From an uncultured delta proteobacterium (GTDB lineage: Bacteria; Myxococcota; Myxococcia; Myxococcales; Myxococcaceae): DNA of 64,000 nucleotides. Made by a program: the position numbers and the translations under genes. Location: the NCBI GenBank assembly GCA_963713045.1, contig CAVQKE010000005.1, forward strand, positions 64,001-128,000. Reading direction: 5' to 3'. The notes under the pieces are model-generated. The model was not told the origin of the DNA. It did no database searches and saw nothing but the letters and a program-made list of their open reading frames with translations. Below are positions 1 to 9,090 of the stretch, piece after piece; position 1 is the stretch's first letter; every line of letters starts with the position of its first letter.

Positions 1-3000
1 GCAGGAGGAAGTGACGGAGGAAGCTCCGACGGCGGGAGCGACGATGATGGTGGTTACGGGGGTGGTGGCGGCGGTGGAGATGACGGAGGAACGGACGGCG
101 GACCATCCTGCTCGTGCACATGCTCGGACGGTGAGTGCACCTATCCAAACGGCGACACCTGCCTCGACCTTCAGGCTGTCCCCGTCGACCGAGAGTCCGG
201 TGAGATTGACAGCTCGCCAGCGCTGCTGATTTCGACGCCGCATCCTGTCTTTGCCATGCAGGAGGTGGCCTTGATGGCCGAGGGGCTAGCACCGAGCCCC
301 TATGGAATCTCCGGGTACCTAACTCTCGAGGGCCTCGTCTTTTCGGGAATCGCCGACACGACACCCGACGCGACCATCGACAGCGTCCGACTCTTCGTCG
401 ATGACAACCCGGACCCGATTGAGCTGCCGCTGCAGGTCTACAAGGACTCGACCGGCGACTTGGGGGCGCCCTACCCCTACGTCGGTACCCTGTCGGCGTT
501 TGTTCCCATCGACGGACTGATGGCCGACTCAAGTGGCACTGGGTGGGCAGTGTTCCGCCTGGAAGCCTCTGACGCGTTGGGAAATGGCGTCGCCGAGGTC
601 ACCTTTACCGTCGACTTGAGTCCGCTCAACGCCGACGTCTTTCCTCAGTACCTGGAAGCTCAAGGTCCCGACTTCAACTTCGATGATTCCGATGATGACA
701 CCCACCCGTCGGTCATTCGCGTCGGTGGGCCACAAGACCTCATCTCCTCCTCCGGATTCCAAGTGGAGACATTCGACGGCCTGCGTTCAGTCATCCAGTG
801 GGACGACGGGAATTATTACGTTGCGACCGAGGCCGGTGATCGCCCCGAGGTGATGCTGGCGATTCCCGACGAGGCCGGTGACGAGGGTGACTATCTCGAC
901 GAGAGCGGAGGGGACAACGGACCTCCATGTGGCGGGGGGGGCGATGGGTCTCCAGGGGCCCTCCTCGCGAAGCGCCTGGCAGCGCTGTACGGAACGCCTC
1001 CGACCTCAAAGCAGAGTTCCTCAGCGGCACCGGTTCCTCCGCCCCGGTATGCACCCCTCAGCGGCACGACGCCGCCAAATGTCCTGGCGCCGACCAGGCT
1101 CACCGGCGCCACGACCAACACGCCCCCACCCTCGAGCGCTCTCACTTCACGCCTTGGCGGCTTAGGTGGCCAAGAAGCGCGAAGTGCGGTCACGCCGTAC
1201 AGCGCGGCCGCACTCGCCAGCGGACAGGCAAATCCCTTTGCCGGCTTTGCTGGAAGCACCCTCTTCGGCGGCGGTGGGATTTTTGGTCCCTTCTGGTTCC
1301 TGGTCGGCTTCGTTGCAGGGTTCGGCGAGGGTGGCGTCGATATGGTGGTCGGGACGGTCAAGGTGGCCGTGGCCGTCCCGATGTACACGGTCCGAGGTAG
1401 CTGGGCGCTCGTTACGCACCCGAGAAGCACCCTCAATCAAGCGTGGCAACAGGCTCAAGCGGGCTGGGACTTCGTCTACCAAGCCGGAAGCATGGTCTTC
1501 GCCCTGGGGACCCAAGGCCAGGACTTTCTAGGAAGGGTGATTGCAGGAGACCCGGAGGCGCTTCAGGTCGGCGATGCAGTTCTTCGAGCGGCCATCGAAC
1601 TGACCGCGGAGATTATTTCGGACGCATTTAACGATTACATCGACCTGTACGAACAAGACCCTTACGCGGCGGGACGACTCTTTGGAAAGGGCATGTTTGA
1701 AGTCGCCTCGCTCGTCGCCCCCTACGCCAAGCTCGGAAAGCTCTCGCAGATTTCTAAACTCGAACTCCTCGAGAACATCCAGCTGAACCTCGGGCGGATT
1801 GAAATGTTCCAGCGGCCGGGAGCGGCCCGCAAGCTCGAGACGCTGATCGAGGGGATACGCATCCTCATTCAGCTCTGTTTCCCGGCGGGAACGCCGGTGC
1901 TCACGCCGAACGGCCCCGTTCCGATTGAACAGCTTCATGTCGGCGACCGCGTCATCTCACGAGATCAAGCGACAGGCCTACAAGCCTCTCGAACGGTCCT
2001 GGCCACCGCATCGACCACCCCGACAACCCTGTTCCACATTCGCTACCGCCTCAATCAACCGTCCGTCCCTGTGGAAGCGGCTTGGGCAGCGACGGTTGCC
2101 CATCGCTCGCGGCCGCGAGGAGAGAGCAACGGAGATGACGAGCCGCCGGTAGAAATTGTCTCAACGGGTACCCACCCATTCTGGGTCGAGCAGCGCGATG
2201 CCTTCATCGAGGCCGAGGATCTCGAGACCGGCGACCGCCTCCGACTGGCCAGCGGCGGAACCGCCGACGTGGTTTCGGTCGAGCGCGAAGATTCAGCTCC
2301 TGGAAAGCATTTCCATACCTACAACCTCGAAGTCGATCAATTCCATACGTACTTCGCGGGCCCTGACGCACTCTGGGTCCACAACCGCGGCTTCTCCTGC
2401 CAGAAATTCGACAGCCTCTTCATCCAAACAAAGCAGTACGTTGCCACCACCTTAGGTCGCCCAGCCGCCGACGCTTGGGACGTCTTCCAAGTCACCTGGC
2501 AAACAAACTTTAGCAAGAAGGACCCGAGCAAATTTGACTTTGATGTCAAGGACGTCAAGAAGTTGATGTTCGAATTCGAAAAGGTTTTCCCCAATGCGAA
2601 GCCGCGGACCGTCAGGTACTCGGACTGGGGGCCAAAGACTGACACCCAATGGCTCAAAAATCTGGACATTCAGGGTAACCACTGGTGGCCGAAAAACGCG
2701 CTTGGGTCTGCCAAAACTGCTGGCGGCGCCGATACTGAGGGCGCAGTCTTCGCTCTGGCGACGCCCTATCTTCACACCAACGCCCCGCACGGCGTTCATT
2801 CGCAGATGTTCGAGTTCTTCAATGGCGTGTTTGGAACGGGAAGCAACGCGGAGATGAAAGCTGCCTTTTCAAGAGGCGCCAGGCCTCCCGCCCCCGCGCT
2901 AAAGGGCAAGGCGCTCTTTGACAAGCAGCAAGAACTGCTGAAACAGTTTTACAAGGAGAGATTCAACCTGGACATGCCGACCTTCGTGTACGACTCAACC

Positions 3001-3042
3001 CTTCCAAACCAGGGCCGCGGCGTCTTTCGCCCCGGGATGTAG
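1..3042 (+). CDS. Polymorphic toxin with pretoxin HINT domain and C-terminal putative His-metal nuclease-type toxin (5'-partial)
   Basis: Frame 1 is open from base 1 (AGGSDGGSSDGG...), so the gene starts upstream of the window. HINT runs from CFPAGTPV (1876) through TGTHPFWV and TYNLEVDQFHTYFAG to WVHN (2385). A 218-aa tip follows, with NHWWP...LH...HGVH. Confidence 0.85.
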   Translation, partial: AGGSDGGSSDGGSDDDGGYGGGGGGGDDGGTDGGPSCSCTCSDGECTYPNGDTCLDLQAVPVDRESGEIDSSPALLISTPHPVFAMQEVALMAEGLAPSPYGISGYLTLEGLVFSGIADTTPDATIDSVRLFVDDNPDPIELPLQVYKDSTGDLGAPYPYVGTLSAFVPIDGLMADSSGTGWAVFRLEASDALGNGVAEVTFTVDLSPLNADVFPQYLEAQGPDFNFDDSDDDTHPSVIRVGGPQDLISSSGFQVETFDGLRSVIQWDDGNYYVATEAGDRPEVMLAIPDEAGDEGDYLDESGGDNGPPCGGGGDGSPGALLAKRLAALYGTPPTSKQSSSAAPVPPPRYAPLSGTTPPNVLAPTRLTGATTNTPPPSSALTSRLGGLGGQEARSAVTPYSAAALASGQANPFAGFAGSTLFGGGGIFGPFWFLVGFVAGFGEGGVDMVVGTVKVAVAVPMYTVRGSWALVTHPRSTLNQAWQQAQAGWDFVYQAGSMVFALGTQGQDFLGRVIAGDPEALQVGDAVLRAAIELTAEIISDAFNDYIDLYEQDPYAAGRLFGKGMFEVASLVAPYAKLGKLSQISKLELLENIQLNLGRIEMFQRPGAARKLETLIEGIRILIQLCFPAGTPVLTPNGPVPIEQLHVGDRVISRDQATGLQASRTVLATASTTPTTLFHIRYRLNQPSVPVEAAWAATVAHRSRPRGESNGDDEPPVEIVSTGTHPFWVEQRDAFIEAEDLETGDRLRLASGGTADVVSVEREDSAPGKHFHTYNLEVDQFHTYFAGPDALWVHNRGFSCQKFDSLFIQTKQYVATTLGRPAADAWDVFQVTWQTNFSKKDPSKFDFDVKDVKKLMFEFEKVFPNAKPRTVRYSDWGPKTDTQWLKNLDIQGNHWWPKNALGSAKTAGGADTEGAVFALATPYLHTNAPHGVHSQMFEFFNGVFGTGSNAEMKAAFSRGARPPAPALKGKALFDKQQELLKQFYKERFNLDMPTFVYDSTLPNQGRGVFRPGM

Positions 3043-3051
3043 TCTGGACGC

Positions 3052-4014
3052 TTGATGCGCACAAAAGCTCTCTTCTATTTTCGGCTACCCCCGCCTGAGC
3101 TCATGCCGAGGCTGCCAAGTAACCTTCGGTTTCTGGCGACCGCGCTCCAGCCGTATGGGCCACGAATTACCCGCGCGAACGTTGACGTCACGCCGTCTCA
3201 ACTTGAAGCAGTCATTGAGTGGGGAAGAACGCGGGTAAACGGTTCGACCGTGCTTCGCATAGCACGCCTCGACCAGCGCTATGACCGGCAAGAATTGGGC
3301 GAGGGACACGTTGAGCTTTTTAGGGACTTTCAATTCGAGCCCCCCGAGGTCCTCAATTTGACCTCAGCCTTCGAAGCTCGGTGGAGCTGTCCAAATTGTA
3401 CTCGGGTGGACATGTCGCAGGTCGGGGCACTCGTGGTGGACGGCATCAACCCAGACGTCGACGTCCAACTGACCGAGACATACGAGGTCTTGCTTCCGAG
3501 TCGGCTCGCCAGCACTGCGGAACGCGCGGGAGCGGCCATCAGGCCACTGCAGGGCCGGAAGGACTTTGTACAACTGATGGCCACTCCTACCGTGACACTC
3601 GTCCCGGTATTTCCGCTCGCCATGGTGGACGACCCATGCCCAGGTTGCGGACGCATCACCTCCGACCGCAGCGACTATGTCGAGGGCGTACTATTCGCCG
3701 ACGGGGATACAGGGTTGACGGTCGCACAGGAGTGGCCGCTCACCCTCCACCCAGGGCCGGACGTCCTCGGAAAGTCGAAAGATCGGATCGGCTGGCGTGG
3801 AGAGGTTTCAGACGAGAAAAAACATGCCGTCGGCCAGCAGCTCGACATGGAGAAAGAAAAAGATTGGGTGTCCGGCGAGACGGTCGTCGTGGTGAAACTC
3901 ACTCTCGTTGACGCCCTTCTGGGAGCAGGAGCGCGCATCCCCTCCTTACGACCGGCTGTGATGGCCGACGAGAAGGCCGCAGTGCCAATCGGCACAAAAT
4001 CCCCCGGCGGGTGA
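3052..4014 (+). CDS. Putative immunity protein with two CxxC motifs
   Basis: Starts 9 nt after the toxin stop; motifs CPNCT and CPGCG; no signal peptide. Position and double CxxC resemble myxobacterial double-CXXCG immunity proteins. Confidence 0.6.
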   Translation: MMRTKALFYFRLPPPELMPRLPSNLRFLATALQPYGPRITRANVDVTPSQLEAVIEWGRTRVNGSTVLRIARLDQRYDRQELGEGHVELFRDFQFEPPEVLNLTSAFEARWSCPNCTRVDMSQVGALVVDGINPDVDVQLTETYEVLLPSRLASTAERAGAAIRPLQGRKDFVQLMATPTVTLVPVFPLAMVDDPCPGCGRITSDRSDYVEGVLFADGDTGLTVAQEWPLTLHPGPDVLGKSKDRIGWRGEVSDEKKHAVGQQLDMEKEKDWVSGETVVVVKLTLVDALLGAGARIPSLRPAVMADEKAAVPIGTKSPGG

Positions 4015-4120
4015 AACGGTGTCCAGGATTCCTTCTACCGACCCCGGGCCGATGCGGCCCAAGCCTTCCAACGCACCCGCTCGTGCCGTTGAGAAGTGCG
4101 GAACTCCAGAGGGAGGACTC

Positions 4121-5737
4121 ATGCGGCATCTTGTCATCTGGCTCGTGGCCTTCCAAGTCGCCACGCTGCTTCCTGCGTGCAGTTCCAAAGAGAGTGACAC
4201 CACGGCACCACCGCCTTCCATCGCGACGGTCGATCCAAACTCTGGCCCGACTGCAGGCCAGACGGCGGTCACCATCTTTGGAGCCAATTTCCAATCCGGG
4301 GCGACCGTTCAGTTCGGCTCAGCTCAAGCCACCGGTGTGACTTTCAGTGAGGCGTCCAGCCTCTCTGCCTTGACGCCTGCTGGCTTGGCCGAGGCCGTCG
4401 ATGTCACCGTCAGGAACCCGGACGGGCAAGTCGCCGTGCTCACGCGCGGATTCAGCTACATCGCCCCAGTCGCCTGTGCCGTGCCGACGGCCATTACCAG
4501 CAACATGACTCTCGACCCAAGTTGTGTCTGGACGGTGACGGATACAGTCGTGGTGGGAGGGCCGTCCAGTCCGGTTCTCACCGTCCTCCCCGGGACAACC
4601 GTGCTGTTCGCGCCCAATCTTAATGGCTTTCTCACCGCTGCTTTACAGGTGGGAGTTGCCCAACCTGGCTCACTTGTGGCCAACGGCACCAGCACCGCCG
4701 GAATTACCTTCACCTCGGCCAGTGCCGCTCCAGCCGCCGGTGACTGGGGCGGAATTGTGATTGGCCCCGGAAGTGCCGGGACCTCCTTCCAGTATGCCTC
4801 GATTCTGTACGCTGGCGGGCCGGGTGCAAATGACATTGAAGACGACGCCGCCCTGACTTTGGAAGGAGGGGACATTGTGGGGGGCTCTCAATCTCCCGCT
4901 CCCACCCTTGCCAACGTCACCATCAGCAACTCCGCCGCGCACGGATTGGTCTTCGCAGGCGTAAGTACCGGCTTCGGTCAGAGTTCAGGAAACATCCAGA
5001 TCGAGAACTGGGAGCTCAGCTCCCACTTCCCTGTGGTTATCGAGGCCAATGAGGCCGGGACTCTGCCAACGACACTCTCGCTGACACCAGCGACGGGTCC
5101 GACCTCCGTGGTGGCGCTGAATAGCTACGCTGGCGGTGACTGCAACGTCACGTCGAGCACCACCTGGCCAGCGATGCCCTATCCGTACCTTAGCGTCGCG
5201 AATATTATTGTCTCGCCCCTGAGCGCATCCGACCCATCCGTGACGCTGACCATTGCGCCCAACATCATCCAGTTTTCGTCAGGCGTGGAGCTCGACGTAG
5301 ATCCCAACCTCTATGGAACTGGCTTCCTACAGGCGAACGGGACTTCATCTCATCAAATTTCATTCACCACAAACCAGGCGACCCCGACTGCCGGAGCATG
5401 GGGTGGCGTCAACTTCTGGTGCGTTGGAAACGCGCAATTCTCAAATTCGTCTCTAACGTACGCGTCGATTCAGTGGGCAACCTCAGCTAACCAGGCGAAC
5501 AACGACACGGGGGAAGTCGCAGTTCTCAACGGCACGGCATCGCCCACCGGCTTGCAGGGTCCTGTCATCGCCAACTGCTCATTTGACGGCTACTCTGATT
5601 ACGGAATCGCCATGGTGGACGTCGACAACACAACCTATAATTCTTATGTCGCGAACAACACTTTCGGAACCAGCAAAAAGGTTGTCCTGTACTGCACTGG
5701 CCTAATAACGGACGGAAGCTGTAATTCCGCGCCTTGA
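4121..5737 (+). CDS. Lipoprotein with IPT/TIG domain and beta-helix-like repeats
   Basis: GGAGG RBS before ATG 4121; lipobox LLPAC; IPT motif PSIATVDPNSGPTAGQTAVTIFGANF; two repeats of P(A/T)AG(D/A)WGG. Confidence 0.75.
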   Translation: MRHLVIWLVAFQVATLLPACSSKESDTTAPPPSIATVDPNSGPTAGQTAVTIFGANFQSGATVQFGSAQATGVTFSEASSLSALTPAGLAEAVDVTVRNPDGQVAVLTRGFSYIAPVACAVPTAITSNMTLDPSCVWTVTDTVVVGGPSSPVLTVLPGTTVLFAPNLNGFLTAALQVGVAQPGSLVANGTSTAGITFTSASAAPAAGDWGGIVIGPGSAGTSFQYASILYAGGPGANDIEDDAALTLEGGDIVGGSQSPAPTLANVTISNSAAHGLVFAGVSTGFGQSSGNIQIENWELSSHFPVVIEANEAGTLPTTLSLTPATGPTSVVALNSYAGGDCNVTSSTTWPAMPYPYLSVANIIVSPLSASDPSVTLTIAPNIIQFSSGVELDVDPNLYGTGFLQANGTSSHQISFTTNQATPTAGAWGGVNFWCVGNAQFSNSSLTYASIQWATSANQANNDTGEVAVLNGTASPTGLQGPVIANCSFDGYSDYGIAMVDVDNTTYNSYVANNTFGTSKKVVLYCTGLITDGSCNSAP

Positions 5738-6313
5738 TCAGTAGACCGACCTCCAGGCTTAGGCGTGAGGGGCTTCTGGTCCGAGCCCGATGCACATCAC
5801 TCGGTGACGTCGACGCGAGCGCCACTAGCTTCTCGACGCCTCTCCAGAATCTGACTGAAGCCCTCCGCCGGCGGCCACGGCAGCAGGTCATCCGTGGCGG
5901 TTGTACCGACCTAATCGGAGTACGGTCGTGAATAGCCGGGTCCTTGTGGCGGAGCAGGCCCGGACGGTCTAACCGCTGACGCCGAGCGCGCACGGATGGA
6001 GTTCACGTTCGGATTGTCGGGTTGGCCATTAAACTGAGCGGCAGTAACATCGTCACGCGTGCCCGAGCCGATTCACCCCGGCCGCGCCATGACTTGGCAG
6101 ACCGACCTGTTGAGGAAGGTCGTCGATTTGCCGTGATTCCCGGGCTCCCCCTCACCGACTGCCTCGAAAGCAACGGAGCGGTGATATGCGCACCTTGTCC
6201 CGGGTGGCGCACAACGGCTCTGGGGAGAGCCCGCCGCCGCTGGCACAGGCGAGGTGTGGGACGCGTCGAACGCATCAAGAACAATGCGCAACAAGCGAAA
6301 GGGATGTGACGCG

Positions 6314-6608
6314 ATGAACGTAATGGTTCGTTACAAGGTGAAAGTGGATCGAATCCGATGAGAACGCTCGGCTCATTCTAGAGGTGTTCGCGGAACTCGG
6401 AGAAAAGCGGCCCCACGGCATCCGCTACACCTCCTACCGACTGGCCGATGGCGTTAGCTTCGTTCACATCGCGATGGTGGAGGGGGGGCAGAACCCGCTG
6501 CTCGCGATCGAAGCCTTCAAACGGTTCACGAGCGCCATCAAAGAGCGGTGCGAAGAGCCTCCGGTGACGACCGATTTCACGGTGGTCGGTTCGTACCCGG
6601 TGCATTAG
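6314..6608 (+). pseudogene. Small ABM/Dabb-like hypothetical protein with +1 frameshift
   Basis: MNVMVRYKVKVDRI shifts near 6355 into (D)ENARLILEVFAELGEKRPHGIRYTSYRLADGVSFVHIA, which reads as one continuous protein. Confidence 0.55.
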
Positions 6609-6876
6609 TGGCGGCCGGTAAGTCCGCCGGGCCGAGAACCGGGGAGCAAAGGAACTAGCGCCAGCGTTGCGCTTCGCTCGGTCCACATCGCCAGCCACTT
6701 GCAAGAGCTTCTCAGGGATGCTCCTGACCGCGTCACCGCCGAGGGGAGTCGCAACCACGTAGTCGGCGCCCCTCATGCGGCCAGCAAGACCCGTTCTATA
6801 GGAAATCCTCTGTAGGATTTGGGTTGTCTCCCCCCGCGGACACTGAGAGCGAGTCCGCAGGCGTAGGTAGCTACAC

Positions 6877-7947
6877 TCACGACAGTTGATAGCCGGCGAC
6901 CTCGATAACCGCTTTGGCAAAGGCCTCTGGGGCTTCTTGAGGCACATTGTGACCGATGCCTTTGAGGATTTGATGCGAATACTTGCCCGAGAACTTCTTG
7001 GAATAGGCTGTGCCGTCCGCCGCTGCGCCATCGAAATCACTGGCGATGGTGATGGCGGGGACGGTAATCACCGGGCCCTGAAACAGCTTCTGCTCCAGGT
7101 GATCGTATTTCGGCTCGCCTTTAGCAAGGCCCAGGCGCCAACGATAATTATGGACTACGATGGCGACGTGATCGGGGTTGTTGAAGGAAGCTGCGGTACG
7201 ATCGAATGTAGCATCGTCGAAGTTCCATTTTGGTGAAACGATCTTCCAGATGAGTTTGTTAAAATCGTGGGTGTATTCGGCGTAGCCAAGCTTCCCCCGT
7301 TCGGTCGAGAAATAGTACTGGTACCACCATGCATATTCGCCCTGTGGCGGCAGCGGCTGTTCGTTTGCCTTGATACTCGCTATCAGATAGCCACTCACTG
7401 AGACGATTGCCTTGCAGCGTTCTGGCCACAGTGCGGCCATGATGTCGGCCGTCCGCGCTCCCCAATCAAACCCGGCGATGATCGCCTGACGGATTTTGAG
7501 AGCGTCCATCAAGGCGATGACGTCGAGAGCAACGACGGATTGCTGACCGTTCCGGAACGTTTCACTTGAGAGAAAACGTGTCGTTCCATAGCCGCGCAGA
7601 TACGGGACAAGGACCCTGTAGCCCGAAGAGGCCAACAAAGGGGCCACGCTGACGTAGCTGTGGATGTCGTATGGCCAGCCGTGCAGAAGGATAACTGCAG
7701 TTCCATTGGCAGGGCCGGCTTCAGCGTAGCCAACATTTAACAGCCCGGCCTTGATCAGCTTGAGGTCTCCGAAGGAGGTGTTCGTCACCGGTTTAGGCGG
7801 AGGTACGCTCGATGCGGCGGGATTACCGGGCTGAGCTGTTGCAGATCCGATCGCGCCCAGTTTGGCAGCAGCAATAGTGACGGCCGCCGTGCCAAGAAAG
7901 TGGCGCCGTTGATGGTTGATTTCTTTCGGCGTTTTGCCGTTATCCAT
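6877..7947 (-). CDS. Alpha/beta hydrolase (epoxide hydrolase-like) with Tat signal
   Basis: RRHFLG Tat motif; LLHGWP; GFDWG Asp nucleophile; GHNVPQEAP catalytic His. Confidence 0.9.
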   Translation of the reverse strand: MDNGKTPKEINHQRRHFLGTAAVTIAAAKLGAIGSATAQPGNPAASSVPPPKPVTNTSFGDLKLIKAGLLNVGYAEAGPANGTAVILLHGWPYDIHSYVSVAPLLASSGYRVLVPYLRGYGTTRFLSSETFRNGQQSVVALDVIALMDALKIRQAIIAGFDWGARTADIMAALWPERCKAIVSVSGYLIASIKANEQPLPPQGEYAWWYQYYFSTERGKLGYAEYTHDFNKLIWKIVSPKWNFDDATFDRTAASFNNPDHVAIVVHNYRWRLGLAKGEPKYDHLEQKLFQGPVITVPAITIASDFDGAAADGTAYSKKFSGKYSHQILKGIGHNVPQEAPEAFAKAVIEVAGYQLS

Positions 7948-8006
7948 GGGTGACCTCCTTGGGTTGACGCTTCCATTGGGAAGTGACTGCGCAGATGGGA
8001 GTGGGC

Positions 8007-8960
8007 TCAGCCTCCTTTCATTAGTTCCATGACGGCGTCCGCGAACGCCACTGGTGCCTCCTGGGGCAGGTTGTGACCGGCATCGGGAACGCGGTGATGA
8101 GTCCGAGGACCGGCAAATTTTGCCGCCGTCGACGAACCATCGGTTGCCGGATAGTTGCCGTCGGCCAAGCCGTCCAGCGTAATCGCCGGTACAGTGATCT
8201 CGGGCTGTGCTGCGAGCTTTCGTTCGATTTCCTCATAGGCCGTATAGCCGGGCGCGAGGCCAAGACGATGACGATAAGAATGGATGACCACCTCGACGTA
8301 GTCCGGGTTATCGAACGCCAGCGCGGTGCGCTCGAATGTCGCTTCATCAAAACGCCAAGACGGAGAGTTGCGCGACCAGATCACGCGAGCCACACCGCGC
8401 CGATCAGCCTGAAGTCCCCTACGGCCGCGCTCTGTCTGAAAGTAGTACTGGTACCAGAGGGCGGACTCGATCTTTGCTGGTACTGGACTCATCGCATGGG
8501 TAATGTCCTGAATTAAGTAGCTGTTGACAGAGACCAGGCCCTTGCAGCGATCCGGCCAAAGCGCCGCCGCGACACAGGCAGCGCGCCCGCCCCAATCGAA
8601 GCCGGCTAAGACGGCCTTGGGGATGCGCAGAGCGTTCATCAACGCGATCACGTCTGCGCCGATGGCTCCCTGCTGACCCGCTCGCGGTGTGGAGGCTTCG
8701 AGAAAGCGCGTGGACCCGTGACCGCGCAGATAGGGCACGACCACGCGGCAACCCCGGGCGGCGAGCGTCGGCGCAACATCGACAAAGCTATGTACGTCGT
8801 AGGGGTAGCCATGCAGAAGCAGGACCACTGGCCCGCCGCTCGGACCGGCTTCGAAGTAGCCAACGTCCAGAACGTCCGCGTGCACTTGTCGTTTTTGAGC
8901 TGACGGGAACGGCTCACCCGGCGAGATTGGTTGGCCTGGCATATCCATGGGCTCGGACAC
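8007..8960 (-). CDS. Alpha/beta hydrolase, cytoplasmic paralogue of the neighbouring gene
   Basis: LLHGYP, GFDWG, WYQYYF, GHNLPQEAP; no signal peptide. Confidence 0.9.
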   Translation of the reverse strand: MSEPMDMPGQPISPGEPFPSAQKRQVHADVLDVGYFEAGPSGGPVVLLLHGYPYDVHSFVDVAPTLAARGCRVVVPYLRGHGSTRFLEASTPRAGQQGAIGADVIALMNALRIPKAVLAGFDWGGRAACVAAALWPDRCKGLVSVNSYLIQDITHAMSPVPAKIESALWYQYYFQTERGRRGLQADRRGVARVIWSRNSPSWRFDEATFERTALAFDNPDYVEVVIHSYRHRLGLAPGYTAYEEIERKLAAQPEITVPAITLDGLADGNYPATDGSSTAAKFAGPRTHHRVPDAGHNLPQEAPVAFADAVMELMKGG

Positions 8961-9090
8961 TTGAGTTTCCTGTCGCGATTCGTTGGAAGTGATTGTGAAG
9001 TGCGGCCAGTTGCTCTGTCCGAACGTGCACGCGCGTGCGCCGCCCGCTCGGCAACTAAACCGCGCTTGGTGGAAAGACAGTGCGGCCAGC

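Noticed and set aside
1876..2385. Self-splicing intein
   Set aside because: The +1 residue is Arg, there is no endonuclease, and the context is a toxin, so pretoxin HINT fits better.
5745..5800. IS3-like peptide LRREGLLV
   Set aside because: Eight residues only, with no other transposase motif or terminal repeats.
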